Shown: positions 48,799 through 58,823, numbered from the stretch's first letter. The stretch is DNA of 64,000 bases from an uncultured Chloroflexia bacterium (GCA_963772565.1 CAVYXU010000076.1:10417-74416); one strand, 5' to 3'. The notes: a model not told the origin generated them from the letters alone. Program-made: numbers and translations.

Positions 48799-49586
48799 CA
48801 GATGAGCCTCCGGGCGGCGAGGACGTCGGCGATCTCGCGCGCAGCATCGGGTGCCGGGCCCGTGACGACGCGGCCGGCCGCCCTCGTGGGTGGCTTGTCC
48901 GCCGTGACGACCCGCGTCGCCCAGCTCCCCTCGGCCGGGGCGATATCGTCGCCGTCAAGATCGGCGAGCGACAGCGTCACGATCTCGCGCGAGCGGGCGG
49001 CCATGATCCCCTTGAGCGACGGGTAGCGCGGTGTCCCGAGCGCCTGCGTGCACGAGAGGACGGCGGGCATCGGAGCCTCGAGGACGTCGTAGCCCTTGGC
49101 GCTCAGCCGCCGGACGCGGACCCGGCCGGCCGCAGGATCCGGCTCGATCAGCGCGGTGGCCGACAGGAGGGGCAGCCCCAGGCGAGCGGCCACCCCGGCC
49201 GCGACCACACCCGCTGCGCCATCTGAGGTGTCGAGTCCGGCGAGCAGGAGGTCGAACGGCGCGCGTGTGGCCGCGGCGGCCAGGACCCGGATCGTCGTGG
49301 GCAGGTCCGCTCCGGCCAGCGCCGCATCGGTCACCAGGACGCCGCGCATGGCCCCCATCGCAAGCGCCTTGCGCATCGTCTCGATCGCATTCGGTGGGGC
49401 CATGGTCAGGATCGTGACCTCGCCGCCGTGGGTCTCCACGAGCTGGAGGGCGGCCTCGAGGGCGTACTCGTCGTTGCCGTTGACGACCGTCGGCGATGCC
49501 CCGCGGTCAAGCCGGTGATCGGGGCCGAGACGCTCGGCGTTCGCGGCTGGGTCGGGGACGGGTTTGGTCAGGACGAGGATCTGCAC
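48798..49586 (-). CDS. etfB: Electron transfer flavoprotein subunit beta
   Basis: MQILVLTKPVPDPA...NGNDEYALEAALQL...EVTILTMAPP...MGAMRGVLVTD. Confidence 0.9.
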   Translation of the reverse strand: MQILVLTKPVPDPAANAERLGPDHRLDRGASPTVVNGNDEYALEAALQLVETHGGEVTILTMAPPNAIETMRKALAMGAMRGVLVTDAALAGADLPTTIRVLAAAATRAPFDLLLAGLDTSDGAAGVVAAGVAARLGLPLLSATALIEPDPAAGRVRVRRLSAKGYDVLEAPMPAVLSCTQALGTPRYPSLKGIMAARSREIVTLSLADLDGDDIAPAEGSWATRVVTADKPPTRAAGRVVTGPAPDAAREIADVLAARRLI

Positions 49587-49622
49587 AGGGTCATCACTCC
49601 CGGATCGGTGGGCGCCGACCGG

Positions 49623-50810
49623 TCACGAGCTCTTTGCGAGCAACGCGCGGGCGACGATCAGCCGCTGGATCTGCTGGGTTCCCTCGTAGAGCTGGGTGAT
49701 CTTCGCGTCGCGCATCATCCGCTCCACGGGGTATTCGTCGATATAGCCATATCCCCCGAGGACCTGGACGGCGTCCGTGGTCACGCGCATCGCAGCATCG
49801 CCGGCGACGAGCTTGGCGATCGCCGCCCAGCGGGCCGCGTCCGGGGCGCCGGCCTCGATCTCCTGGCACGCGGTGTAGACCAGCTGGCGGGCAGCCTCCG
49901 TGGAAGCGTCCATGTCGGCGAGCATCGCCTGGACCATCTGGAGCTCGCCGATAGGCTTGCCGAACTGGCGCCGCTCCGTCGCGTAGTGCGCGGCCACCTC
50001 GAGGGCGCCCTGTGCGATCCCCACCGCCTGGGCGGCGATCCCGGGGCGGGAGTGCTCGAACGTCTGCATCGCGATCGCAAACCCCTGGCCCTCGTCGCCC
50101 AGCCGGTTCGTCACCGGGACCCGGACCCCGTCGAATGCCAGCTCCGCCGTCGGCGATCCGCGGATCCCCATCTTGTGCTCGAGGCGGGTGACCTTGAAAC
50201 CGGGGCGGTCCGTCTCGACCAGGATCGCCGACAGCCGCCGGCTCGGACGCTCCGCGTCCGGGTTGGTCACCGCGAACACGACCACGTAGTCCGCGACGCT
50301 GGCGTGGCTGATGAACCGCTTGGAGCCGTCGATGACGTAGTCGTCGCCGTCACGCACGGCCCGGGTGCGGATGCCGGACGGATCGGAGCCAGCGTCCGCC
50401 TCGGTCAGCCCGAACGCGATCAGCTTCTCGCCGGAGGCGAGCCCGGGCAGCCAGCGGTCCTGCTGCTCCTTGGTGCCTGCGACCTGGATCGGGATCGCGC
50501 CCAGCGACTGGACCGCCAGGATGAGCCCGGACGTCGCGCACACGCGGCTGAGCTGCTCGATGGCGAGGCACAGCGTGAGCAGGTCGCCGCCCAGCCCGCC
50601 GTGCTCCTCGGCAAACGGGATCGACAGGATGTCGTGGTTGGCCAGCAGCTGGCGCACGTCCTCGGGGAACTCGCCCTGCCGGTCGATCTCCGCGGCGCGC
50701 GGCGCGATCTGCTCGTCGGCAAGCACGCGCACCGCGTCGCGAAGCAGGATGTGCTCCTCCCCGAGGCGGATCGAGCCGTGGACGGGTGGGTTCGAACTCA
50801 CGCTGGTCAT
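49623..50810 (-). CDS. Acyl-CoA dehydrogenase
   Basis: IPFAEEHGGLGGD...AFGLTEADAGSD...KRFISHASVADYVVVFA...QFGKPI...QVLGGYGYIDEYPVERMMRDAKITQLYEGTQQIQRLIVAR. I chose the ATG at 50810; the start is not certain. Confidence 0.85.
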   Translation of the reverse strand: MTSVSSNPPVHGSIRLGEEHILLRDAVRVLADEQIAPRAAEIDRQGEFPEDVRQLLANHDILSIPFAEEHGGLGGDLLTLCLAIEQLSRVCATSGLILAVQSLGAIPIQVAGTKEQQDRWLPGLASGEKLIAFGLTEADAGSDPSGIRTRAVRDGDDYVIDGSKRFISHASVADYVVVFAVTNPDAERPSRRLSAILVETDRPGFKVTRLEHKMGIRGSPTAELAFDGVRVPVTNRLGDEGQGFAIAMQTFEHSRPGIAAQAVGIAQGALEVAAHYATERRQFGKPIGELQMVQAMLADMDASTEAARQLVYTACQEIEAGAPDAARWAAIAKLVAGDAAMRVTTDAVQVLGGYGYIDEYPVERMMRDAKITQLYEGTQQIQRLIVARALLAKSS

Positions 50811-50953
50811 CCTAGCAGCGTGGCGGCGTGACCTGAACGTCCGGGATGACATCGTGGCGCGTCCCGGCTACGCTGCGGCTGCGCCGGGCGTGATCATCAC
50901 CGACCGCGGGGGTTCGGGAATCGCGCCGGGGGGCTGCGCCCGGGGAGCTCACC

Positions 50954-51178
50954 GTGGACCAGACGTATCTCCTGATCCTTGCCCTCGCGGCGGTGGTCGC
51001 CATCGTGGCCGTCATGATCATCCGGGTCAGGATGCGACGCGACGCCCGGGCCAAGACCCCGGTCGACTCCCCGTTTGCGGCCTCCACCGAGGGCGAGAAG
51101 CGATGCCCGAACTGCGGGATGGGCAATCTGTGGACGGACCGCACCTGCATCTCGTGCGGGTCCGCGCTGAAGGGCTGA
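50954..51178 (+). CDS. Small membrane-anchored zinc-ribbon protein
   Basis: TM segment YLLILALAAVVAIVAVMII, then CPNCG...CISCG. GTG start with GGGGAG 6-12 nt upstream. It is the only + strand gene in a long minus-strand run. Confidence 0.55.
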   Translation: MDQTYLLILALAAVVAIVAVMIIRVRMRRDARAKTPVDSPFAASTEGEKRCPNCGMGNLWTDRTCISCGSALKG

Positions 51179-51265
51179 GCCAACGCGCTCGAGGGCTGAG
51201 CCCCAGCGCGCAGCTCCGGCACCCGCGCCAGGCCCGTCGATCGCTCCGGGTCGCGCGGTCCGGGC

Positions 51266-53398
51266 TCAGACGACCGGCAGTCGCCGCCCCTCGGGGATGT
51301 CGCGCCCAGCGAAGACGGTGGACGGCACGATCGCCTCGGCCAGCAGCTCGCTGATGTCCTGGGCGAGCACCGGGTCGGTGTCCTGGGCGCCCCGTCCGGC
51401 GTCGGTCAGGCCGTCGCGGAGCATGGTCATGCAGAACGGGCACGCGGTCGCGACGGTTTCGGCGCCCGTCTCGAGGGCCTGACGGGTCCGCTCGGCGTTG
51501 ACCCGCGTTCCACGCGTCTCCTCCATCCACATCCGGCCGCCCCCGGCGCCGCAGCAGAAGGTCTGGCGGCCGTGGTTGTCCATCTCGCGCAGCTCGACGC
51601 CCGGGATCGCCCCCAGCACCTCGCGCGGCGGCGCGATGACGCCGTTGTAGCGGGCCAGGTAGCACGAGTCGTGGTACGTGACGGAGCGGGCGGGCAGTCC
51701 GTCCGCGCCCAGCTGGAGGCGGCCCGTGCTTACCAGCGACGACAGGTACTCGCTGTGATGGCGGATGGCGAACGTCCCGCCCAGCTGGGTGTATTCGTTA
51801 CCGATGGTGTTGAAGCAATGCGGGCACGCCGTAACGATGGTCCGCTCCCCGGCGCGGTAGCGGTTGAGCGTCTCGATGTTCTGGCCGGCCAGGATCTGGA
51901 ACACGTACTCGTTGCCCATCCGGCGGGCCGGATCGCCGGTGCAGGCCTCCTCCTGCCCGAGCACCGCGAACGAGACGCCCGCGGCATCCAGGCACGTGGC
52001 GACCGCCCGCGCGACGCGCTGGTTGCGATCATCGAAGGCGGCTGCGCAGCCGACCCAGTAGAGAACCTCAAGGGCGTCGAGCTCGCCCGCCGCCGCGACC
52101 TGGGCGGCCGTCCGGACCTCGAACGGGAGTGGCTTCGCCCAGTCGAGGCGCGACGACGGCGGCTGGCCCCACGGGTTGCCGACGCTCTCCATGCCCTTGA
52201 ACGCGGCGGTCAGCTCCTGCGGGAACCGGCTGTCCTCGAGCACGAGGTTGCGCCGGATGCCCACGATCTTGTCGACGTGCTCGATGGTCACCGGACACGC
52301 CTCGACGCACGCACCGCAGGTGAGGCAGTCCCACACCGCGTCGTACGGGATCGCCGCGTCGACCAGCGGGCGCGCCATCGCCTCCGGGCGGATCGAATCG
52401 TCGAGCCCGAAGGCGGTTCTGACCGCCGGTGAGTTGGGGATCAGCGGGAGCCCGGCCTCCGCGGCCACCGCCTCGTGGCGAATGCCCATGATCAGGCTCT
52501 TGGGATTGAGCGGCTTGCCGGTCGCGTATGCGGGACACGCCTGCTGGCATCGGCCGCATTCCGTGCACGTGAACCCGTCGAGCAGATCCTTCCACGACAG
52601 GTCCGCGACCGTGCGCAGCCCGAACACCGCGTCCTCGGCCTCGAGGTCCATGGCGGGCAGCTGGCCCCGCGGTGCCAGCTTGCGCAGCAGGATGTTGGGA
52701 AGCGCCGTCGCGACGTGGAGGTGCTTGGAGAACGGGAGGTATACGAGGAAGGCGGCCACCAGCCCGATGTGGACCCACCACAGGATCCCGAACAGGGCGT
52801 TGGTGAGGCCCGAATCGACGCCGCTGATTGCGCTCCCGAGAGCGTTTGCGATGAACGCGCCGGGCTCCTCGCCGTGCGCCGCAACCTGGAACACCTGGCC
52901 CAGCAGCTCGGCGGCCACCAGCCCACCGATCATGGCCAGGATCAGGAGCGCATCCCAGTTGAGCGACAGCCGCGCGGGCTTGATCACCAGCCGGCGCCAG
53001 TAGGCGTAGCCGATGGCCGCGATCACGATGACCGCCACCACGTTCTGCATCGCGTTGACGGCCGCCCACAGGATGCCGTCGAACGGCGCCTGCACGATCG
53101 CCTGGATGATCCCGCCGGTGACGATGTTGGCGGTGCCCACCGTGAGCAGCAGGAAGCCCCAGAAGATCGAGAAGTGCATCGCCCCGGCCCGGGCGTCGCG
53201 GAACATCCGGGACTGGGCGAAGCCGAACCGGATCGTGCCCCACAGCCGTGCCCCGACCCGGTCCGTGGGCGAGACCGGGCGCGCCGCCGCGAACACGCGC
53301 AGGTGGCGCGCCATGACCAGGGCGAAGAACGCGACCGCACCCCAGAACACCGGGAACACGAGCGGATAGGCGGGGACGTCGGCGAACGGTTCGAACAT
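51266..53398 (-). CDS. Membrane-bound (Fe-S)-binding oxidoreductase, HdrD/GlpC-like with an N-terminal multi-TM domain (EtfD-like)
   Basis: About 6 N-terminal TM segments. Two 4Fe-4S motifs [12 protein letters not shown] and [12 protein letters not shown]. Two CCG-type Cys-rich repeats (YWVGCAA..., TACPHC / YHDSCYLAR..., CCGAGGG, ATACPFC). Confidence 0.85.
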   Translation of the reverse strand: MFEPFADVPAYPLVFPVFWGAVAFFALVMARHLRVFAAARPVSPTDRVGARLWGTIRFGFAQSRMFRDARAGAMHFSIFWGFLLLTVGTANIVTGGIIQAIVQAPFDGILWAAVNAMQNVVAVIVIAAIGYAYWRRLVIKPARLSLNWDALLILAMIGGLVAAELLGQVFQVAAHGEEPGAFIANALGSAISGVDSGLTNALFGILWWVHIGLVAAFLVYLPFSKHLHVATALPNILLRKLAPRGQLPAMDLEAEDAVFGLRTVADLSWKDLLDGFTCTECGRCQQACPAYATGKPLNPKSLIMGIRHEAVAAEAGLPLIPNSPAVRTAFGLDDSIRPEAMARPLVDAAIPYDAVWDCLTCGACVEACPVTIEHVDKIVGIRRNLVLEDSRFPQELTAAFKGMESVGNPWGQPPSSRLDWAKPLPFEVRTAAQVAAAGELDALEVLYWVGCAAAFDDRNQRVARAVATCLDAAGVSFAVLGQEEACTGDPARRMGNEYVFQILAGQNIETLNRYRAGERTIVTACPHCFNTIGNEYTQLGGTFAIRHHSEYLSSLVSTGRLQLGADGLPARSVTYHDSCYLARYNGVIAPPREVLGAIPGVELREMDNHGRQTFCCGAGGGRMWMEETRGTRVNAERTRQALETGAETVATACPFCMTMLRDGLTDAGRGAQDTDPVLAQDISELLAEAIVPSTVFAGRDIPEGRRLPVV

Positions 53399-53400
53399 GC

Positions 53401-53943
53401 TCAGCGATCCTCCGGCAGGCCCGGGGGCAGGTCCTCGCGACCGGCGGATCGGGCGGCGGCGTGGTCGAACGGCCCGGCGATCGTCTCGAGGGCGTGGTCC
53501 AGCACGCCGAGCACGACCTCGAGCGACTCGAGGGCGCCCTTGGGCGATCCGGGCAGGTTGACGATCAGCGTGTGGCCGCGGACGCCCACGACCCCGCGCG
53601 ACAACGCGGCGAATGGCGTCGATCGACGTCCGTCCGCGCGCATCGCCTCGGCGATGCCGGGGATCTCGTAGTCGAGGATCGCCGCCGTCGCCTGCGGCGT
53701 GACGTCGCGCGGGGTCAGACCCGTGCCGCCCGTGGTCACCACGAGGTCGTTGCGCTCGGCGCCGGCAACGAGCGCGGTCTCGAGCGCCGCGCGGTCATCG
53801 GGGACGACCTGCCGCTCCACCGTGAAGCCGAGCGTCTCGAGGCGTTCCCCGATCCCCGCCCCGGAGGTGTCCGGCCGCCTGCCGGCGGCGCTCCGGTCGC
53901 TCGCCGTGATGACCAGCGCGGACCGCGTCACGGGCGTGCGCAC
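53401..53943 (-). CDS. mog: Molybdopterin adenylyltransferase MogA/MoaB family
   Basis: [21 protein letters not shown]...[21 protein letters not shown]...IPGIAEAMR...[26 protein letters not shown] start at 53943 (alternative 53931), just after the moaC stop. Confidence 0.8.
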   Translation of the reverse strand: MRTPVTRSALVITASDRSAAGRRPDTSGAGIGERLETLGFTVERQVVPDDRAALETALVAGAERNDLVVTTGGTGLTPRDVTPQATAAILDYEIPGIAEAMRADGRRSTPFAALSRGVVGVRGHTLIVNLPGSPKGALESLEVVLGVLDHALETIAGPFDHAAARSAGREDLPPGLPEDR

Positions 53944-53950
53944 CCGGCGA

Positions 53951-54544
53951 TCACCCGGCGCCCTTGCGCTTCCCGACGCGACCCGCGATCCGGTCCCCGG
54001 GTCGCCGCCGGGGCCGGTCCGCCTTCTCGACCTCGCCGGCCGGACGATACCAGTCGCCGCTCTTGCCGCCGGTTTTGGACAGCAGCCGCAGCCCACGGAT
54101 CTCCACGCCGCGCTCCACGCCCTTGACCATGTCGTACACGGTGAGCGCGGCCACGGACGCTGCGGTCATGGCCTCCATCTCGACCCCGGTCTGGGCGGTG
54201 GTGGCGGCCTCGGCGCGAACGCGGAGCACGCCGGCGGCACGATCCGGGGTGACCGAGACGACGAGGTCCGTCAGCGGGATCGGGTGGCACAGCGGGATCA
54301 GCTCGGCCGTTCGCTTGCCGCCCATGACACCGGCCAGCTCGGCGACCGTGAGGACGTCGCCCTTGGAGCCACCCCCGTCGATCACCAGGCTCAGCGTCTC
54401 AGGCGCGACCACGACCTCAACCTCGGCCACCGCCCGTCGCGCGGTCACCGGCTTGTCGCTGACATCGACCATGCGGGGTCGGCCGCGCCGGTCGACATGC
54501 GAGAGACGGCGGCGTTCCGCGCGCGGGGGGTCACTCCGGTCCAT
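53951..54544 (-). CDS. moaC: Cyclic pyranopterin monophosphate synthase MoaC
   Basis: [27 protein letters not shown]...[32 protein letters not shown]...[23 protein letters not shown]. Confidence 0.9.
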   Translation of the reverse strand: MDRSDPPRAERRRLSHVDRRGRPRMVDVSDKPVTARRAVAEVEVVVAPETLSLVIDGGGSKGDVLTVAELAGVMGGKRTAELIPLCHPIPLTDLVVSVTPDRAAGVLRVRAEAATTAQTGVEMEAMTAASVAALTVYDMVKGVERGVEIRGLRLLSKTGGKSGDWYRPAGEVEKADRPRRRPGDRIAGRVGKRKGAG

Positions 54545-54574
54545 GCGTCCTCCTGCTCGCCTCGATCGTAACGG

Positions 54575-54677
54575 GGTCGGGCGACCCGCGTTGGCCGGGC
54601 GACCCGCGTTGGTCGGCGACCGCGTTGGTCGGCGACCGCGTTGGTCGGCGACCGCGTTGGCCGGGGCGACCCGCGCT
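54575..54677. repeat. Six tandem 16-19-bp repeats (GGTCGGCGACCGCGTT core) in the moeA-moaC intergenic spacer
   Basis: Units: 54575-54592 and 54593-54610 (18 bp); 54611-54626, 54627-54642 and 54643-54658 (identical 16-mers); 54659-54677 (degenerate). Confidence 0.85.
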
Positions 54678-54703
54678 GGGCGCCCGAACCGTTGTCCAGC
54701 GGA

Positions 54704-56032
54704 CTATCCCTGATCCAACCAGCGGAGCTCCACCTCGCTGCCCGCCTCGATCCGCTCCAGCGGCTCGGGGACGACAGCCAGCCCATCGGCGGCCGCCAGC
54801 GCCGACATGACATGGCTCCCCTGCCCGCCGGCCAGGCGCACGCGGACTCGCCCCTTGCCGTCCCGCAGCGGTGAGCCGTCCGGGGCGCGCCGGGCCGTCA
54901 CCCGCTGATAGCCGCGCCGGCCGACGCTCTTCCTCACGGGATCTTCGAGCACCGCCCGATCCGCCGGCCGGTGGAGCCGCGCATGCCCGGCCAGGCGCCG
55001 GATGACCGGGCGAACGAACAGCTCGAAGGTGACGAACGCGGACACCGGGTTCCCTGGGAGTCCGAACAGCAGAACCGGAGCCTCGCGCCCGGCCGTATCC
55101 GCATCCGCGCGGCCGAACGCAAACGGCTTGCCGGGCTGGACCGCGACTCGCCACAGGTCCATGTGGCCGACCGCGTCAAACGCGGTGCGAACGACGTCGT
55201 ACGGGCCCACTGAAACTCCCCCCGACACGACCACCAGGTCGGCCTCCGCCAGGCCGCGCCGGAGCCTTGCCTCGACATCCTCGAGCCGATCCACCGCGAT
55301 CCCCAGATCGATTGCGTCCGCGCCGGCGTCGCGGACGAGCGCGCGCAGGCCCGGCCCATTCGCGTCCGGGATGCCCGCGGGCCCGAGATCCGTTCCCGGC
55401 CGCCGGACCTCGTCACCGGTGGCCAGCACCGCGACCCGCGGCCGTCTGCGAACGACGACCTCCCCTACTCCGGCCCCCGCCGCCAGGGCGACCACGGCCG
55501 GGGTCACCAAGCTACCCGCATCCGCGACCACGACCCCGGCGGTGACGTCGGAGCCGGCGCGGCGGATGGCGTTCCCGCGCTCGACCGCGGCATGCACGAG
55601 ACACGCGGCCGGGACCGGGCCGGTCGCCTCGCGACCCCGCGGCCCGACGTTGCCGTCCGCATCGAGGGGCGTGGTCAGCTCCACCGGCACGACCGCGTCC
55701 GCGCCGGGCGGAATTGGTGCGCCGGTCGCGATCCGGACGGCAGCGCCGTCGACGACCTCGACATCGGGCGCGACACCCGCGCGGACCTCGCCGACGACCG
55801 TGAGCCGGGCCGGCCGGCCGTCGCTTGCGCGCGCGACGTCCGCGAACCGGATCGCGTAGCCGTCCATCGCCGAGTTGTCCCACGGCGGCAGCGCGGTTGC
55901 GGCCACCACCGGCTCGGCCAGGACCCGGCCGAGCGCGCGTTCCGGATCAAGGCGCTCGAGGTCCTCGAGTGGCCCGACCCCGGCAAGGACCGTCGCCTGG
56001 GCCGCCTCGACGCTGAGCAGCTCCCCGCTCAC
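54704..56032 (-). CDS. moeA: Molybdopterin molybdenumtransferase MoeA
   Basis: LPPWDNSAMDGYAIR...GDEV...PGKPFAFG...GLPGNPVSAFVTFELFVRP. The GTG at 56032 overlaps the upstream stop (GTGA). Confidence 0.9.
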   Translation of the reverse strand: MSGELLSVEAAQATVLAGVGPLEDLERLDPERALGRVLAEPVVAATALPPWDNSAMDGYAIRFADVARASDGRPARLTVVGEVRAGVAPDVEVVDGAAVRIATGAPIPPGADAVVPVELTTPLDADGNVGPRGREATGPVPAACLVHAAVERGNAIRRAGSDVTAGVVVADAGSLVTPAVVALAAGAGVGEVVVRRRPRVAVLATGDEVRRPGTDLGPAGIPDANGPGLRALVRDAGADAIDLGIAVDRLEDVEARLRRGLAEADLVVVSGGVSVGPYDVVRTAFDAVGHMDLWRVAVQPGKPFAFGRADADTAGREAPVLLFGLPGNPVSAFVTFELFVRPVIRRLAGHARLHRPADRAVLEDPVRKSVGRRGYQRVTARRAPDGSPLRDGKGRVRVRLAGGQGSHVMSALAAADGLAVVPEPLERIEAGSEVELRWLDQG

Positions 56033-57168
56033 CCGGCAGTTCCTGCCCGCGTCGCAAGCCGGTCCCGAACGACCGTGGCGAGGCTGCGTCGCGTCAGCAT
56101 CCCGGCCAACCGGCCGTCCTCGGCGACGGCGAGGCCATCGATGCCGGCCTGGTTGATCGTGTCAAGCACCTCCCAGACATCGTCGTCCGGGCCCAGGACA
56201 GGTGCCTGCGGCGGCGTGGCCATGACATCGGCGACACGCGTCGCGGCAAACCGGCGGCGCCCAAGCCGCTTGAGGCGCTGGATGCCCAGCACGCCGACCA
56301 CGTGCTCGTCATCGACGACCGCAAGCGCCCGAACTCCGTCCTCCCCCTCGTACCGGCTGGCGAACGTGTCGATCGTGAGATGTGGCCCCACCCACGACAC
56401 GTCGAGCTCCATCGCATCGCGCACGGCGACGCCTCGGAGCAGCCGCTCCATCGCAAGCCGGCGATCGAGCGTGCGCGCTCCCGTAGACATGAACCAGCCG
56501 AATGACAGGATCACCAAACCCTCGATGGTCTGGTCCATCAGCACGACCGCGGCACCGACCCCGATCGTCGCCCAGCCGAGGAACCGGCCGGTACGCGCGG
56601 TGAGCGCCGAGGCCCGATCCGGGTCCCCGGTCCGGGCCCATGCGATGGCCCGGATCGCCCGCCCGCCGTCCAGCGGCAGCCCGGGGAGCAGGCTCATGAC
56701 GCCCAGCACCAGGTTCAGCCCGCCGATGATCAGCAGGGCGCCAGCGATCGCGCCCCAGCCCCGATCGGCGGTGGCGACGACGGCTCCGATCGGCACCACG
56801 ATGGCTGCAACCAGGAAGGAGACCGCAGGGCCGGCCACCGCGATCGCGAGCTCATCGGAGGGGCGCTTCGCCTGGATCCCGAGCGGCGCGAGCCCGCCCA
56901 TGAGCCCCAGCACGACCACGGTCACACGGACGCCGCGCCGGCGCGCGACCAGCGCGTGCGCGAGCTCGTGGGCGGCCACCGATACCAGGAACGCCGCGGC
57001 GATGACGCCGCCGACCACCCATTGGAGGGCGAATGGCAGCTCGGGCGCCGCCACGGTGGCCTGCTCGGCGCCGAGCAGGGTGATGATCGCGATCAGGAAC
57101 GACCACAGGAGCGACACCCGGATCTCGATCCCGAACAGCCGCCCGACCGGGATCCCGTCGGGCGTCAT
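56029..57168 (-). CDS. Site-2 protease (peptidase M50) family protein with a C-terminal CBS pair
   Basis: GIEIRVSLLW...AAHELAHALVARRRG (HExxH)...LLPGLPLDGGR, then two CBS-like segments (VRDAM..., VADVM...GIDGLAVAEDGRLAGMLTRRSL). The ATG at 57168 overlaps the upstream stop (ATGA). Confidence 0.85.
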   Translation of the reverse strand: MTPDGIPVGRLFGIEIRVSLLWSFLIAIITLLGAEQATVAAPELPFALQWVVGGVIAAAFLVSVAAHELAHALVARRRGVRVTVVVLGLMGGLAPLGIQAKRPSDELAIAVAGPAVSFLVAAIVVPIGAVVATADRGWGAIAGALLIIGGLNLVLGVMSLLPGLPLDGGRAIRAIAWARTGDPDRASALTARTGRFLGWATIGVGAAVVLMDQTIEGLVILSFGWFMSTGARTLDRRLAMERLLRGVAVRDAMELDVSWVGPHLTIDTFASRYEGEDGVRALAVVDDEHVVGVLGIQRLKRLGRRRFAATRVADVMATPPQAPVLGPDDDVWEVLDTINQAGIDGLAVAEDGRLAGMLTRRSLATVVRDRLATRAGTAG

Positions 57169-57869
57169 CGGACCGGTACCGCGTTGAGGGTCGCGGGGGT
57201 GCCCGACGTCCGTGCCGCGATGGCGGCGCTGCGGCGGGATCCGATCCAGGCCAGGACCAGCGCGAGAAGCACGATCAGGCCCCCGACCGCGACCGTGGTC
57301 TCGACCCAGAACGTCTCCGGGAACAGCTGGACCAGGCGGTCCGTCCGCGGATCGAACAGGAAGTTGCCCTGCGGAAAGAACAGCTCGTGGAACAGCTGGA
57401 AAGCCGCGTCGAAGGCTGCGATGCCCGCGATGCCGCCGACCACGGTGACCACCGCGATGCCGATGCCCGCCCGGGCGATCCGACGCCACAGCACGGCCCG
57501 CGACCGGCCGCGCAGCAGGGCGAAGGACCCCACGAGCACGAGTGCGGCGATCGCCGCTGCCAGGTAGAACGTCATGAACACCTTGCGCACGTCGCGCATA
57601 TGGCCGCGCTCCCGGTCCGTAAGCACCGGCGTGCCCGCGACCTCGACGTCGAACCGCGGTGGGCCGACCACGAGGTCGGACAGGATCGCGTCCGTCGCCG
57701 CCTGCAGGTCCGCCGGCGCATACCCGGTCCAGGCCGCGGCCTGGGCGCGCCCCTGCTCGAACCCGACCCAGGCGGGCGTCAGGAACGGGAGGATCGCGAC
57801 GGCGACGACCACGACAGCCGTCGCCACGGCCACGACCAGGGCTGCCAGCGTGCCGCGAAGGACGTCCAT
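57165..57869 (-). CDS. TIGR01906 / DUF1461 family integral membrane protein (Lit-like)
   Basis: LTDRERGHMRDVRKVF...AAFDAAFQLFHELFFPQGNFLFDPRTDRLVQLFPETFW matches my recollection of the DUF1461 core. Four TM segments. Confidence 0.7.
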   Translation of the reverse strand: MDVLRGTLAALVVAVATAVVVVAVAILPFLTPAWVGFEQGRAQAAAWTGYAPADLQAATDAILSDLVVGPPRFDVEVAGTPVLTDRERGHMRDVRKVFMTFYLAAAIAALVLVGSFALLRGRSRAVLWRRIARAGIGIAVVTVVGGIAGIAAFDAAFQLFHELFFPQGNFLFDPRTDRLVQLFPETFWVETTVAVGGLIVLLALVLAWIGSRRSAAIAARTSGTPATLNAVPVR

Positions 57870-57948
57870 CAGGCGCCGATGGTACCGGGTGCGCGTGTTG
57901 CGACCCTGAGCCGGATGCCCGGCCGGGGCCGGATACCCGGTGCGGGCC

Positions 57949-58338
57949 TCACGCCTCCTCGAGCGTCCGTGCCTGCTCCCACCAGGTTTCGATCATCAGG
58001 TCCGCCGGCGGTTCCGCGTTGAGCTCCTGGGCTCCACGCGCGAGGCGCGCCTTGAGCGCGTCGATATCCAGGGCCAGGACGTCGCGCAGGCCTTCGATGC
58101 CGGACTGGACGAACAGCTGGTGCTCGGAGCTCGCGAACCCGGCGAGGTTGAGCATCAGGGCCTCGTCACGCCACCGCGAAACGTCGTTCGTGGTGGCCTT
58201 CACGTGGTCGGCGAGCGTCTGGCGCCTCGTCGGCGTTTCCGAAACCTCGAGCAGGATGCCGGTGGTGAAGATGCCCTGCTTCTCGAGACGCGAGAGATGA
58301 ACGGGCTCGATGCGCGTCAGCTCGGTGATGGGCGGCAC
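57949..58338 (-). CDS. DUF4332 domain-containing protein
   Basis: ITELTRIEPVHLSRLEKQGIFTTGILLE...DVSRWRDEALMLNLAGFASSEHQLFVQSGIEGLRDVLALD (helix-hairpin-helix-like tandem). The family assignment is from memory. Confidence 0.65.
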   Translation of the reverse strand: MPPITELTRIEPVHLSRLEKQGIFTTGILLEVSETPTRRQTLADHVKATTNDVSRWRDEALMLNLAGFASSEHQLFVQSGIEGLRDVLALDIDALKARLARGAQELNAEPPADLMIETWWEQARTLEEA

Positions 58339-58391
58339 GGGATCCGGTGGCCTCCGCTGGTCGGTCGAGGTAGAGCCGCATTATCGCGGGT

Positions 58392-58459
58392 CCTGCGCGC
58401 CGGCGCGAGAGACGCGCCGGCGGGACCTGTGCGCCGGTGCGAGAGACGCCGCCGCGGGA
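58392..58459. repeat. 2 x 34-bp tandem direct repeat; the first unit contains a perfect 10-bp hairpin
   Basis: CCTGCGCGCCGGCGCGAGAGACGCGCCGGCGGGA (58392-58425) and CCTGTGCGCCGGTGCGAGAGACGCCGCCGCGGGA (58426-58459). The hairpin is CGCCGGCGCG-AGAGA-CGCGCCGGCG. Confidence 0.8.
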
Positions 58460-58463
58460 CCGG

Positions 58464-58823
58464 CTACCGCTCGAACGGGCGTGTCTCCAGCACCACGTCC
58501 CAGTGGGCATCGAGCAGCGCGAACCGTCGCGCCTCGTCGGCCTTGAACTGCTCCTGATCGGGGTACAGGCGGCGTGCGATCTCGGCATCGCCGTGCTCCT
58601 GCATCGCTGCCCAGTCACGATAGGTGATCGACACCAGCACGTCCCAGTCGGCGCGGCCGTCCCCGTGGAACCTCGGCGTCCACATCTCCACCGCCGTGAA
58701 CCGCCCGGCCCCCAGCTGTTCGCGAAGGATGGGCCAGTGGTTCCTGCGGAGCAGGTCGACGAACTCGTCGTGCGCGCCCCATCGGGTGCGGTAGAAGTAC
58801 AGGACCTCGATCGGATCGGACAT
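58464..58823 (-). CDS. Small NIPSNAP/EthD-like (dimeric alpha-beta barrel) hypothetical protein
   Basis: 119 aa: IEVLYFYRTRWGAHDEFVDLLRRNHWPILREQ...WDVLVSITYRDWAAMQEH. The composition looks coding. The family call is tentative. Confidence 0.5.
   Translation of the reverse strand: MSDPIEVLYFYRTRWGAHDEFVDLLRRNHWPILREQLGAGRFTAVEMWTPRFHGDGRADWDVLVSITYRDWAAMQEHGDAEIARRLYPDQEQFKADEARRFALLDAHWDVVLETRPFER

Noticed and set aside
54575-54677. Possible CRISPR array.
   Set aside because: The units are 16-19 bp and directly abutting, with no spacers. There are no cas genes in the window. It is a simple tandem repeat.
54545-57948. Moco riboswitch upstream of the moeA/moaC/mog genes.
   Set aside because: The genes are embedded in an overlapping operon. 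I did not recognise the Moco RNA motif in the available spacers. A cmscan would be needed to be sure.
58392-58459. The 2 x 34-bp tandem repeat as a regulatory or novel element.
   Set aside because: There are only two diverged copies. The hairpin in one unit is adequately explained as a transcript-end or stabilising structure after the upstream gene. Listed as a repeat feature only.
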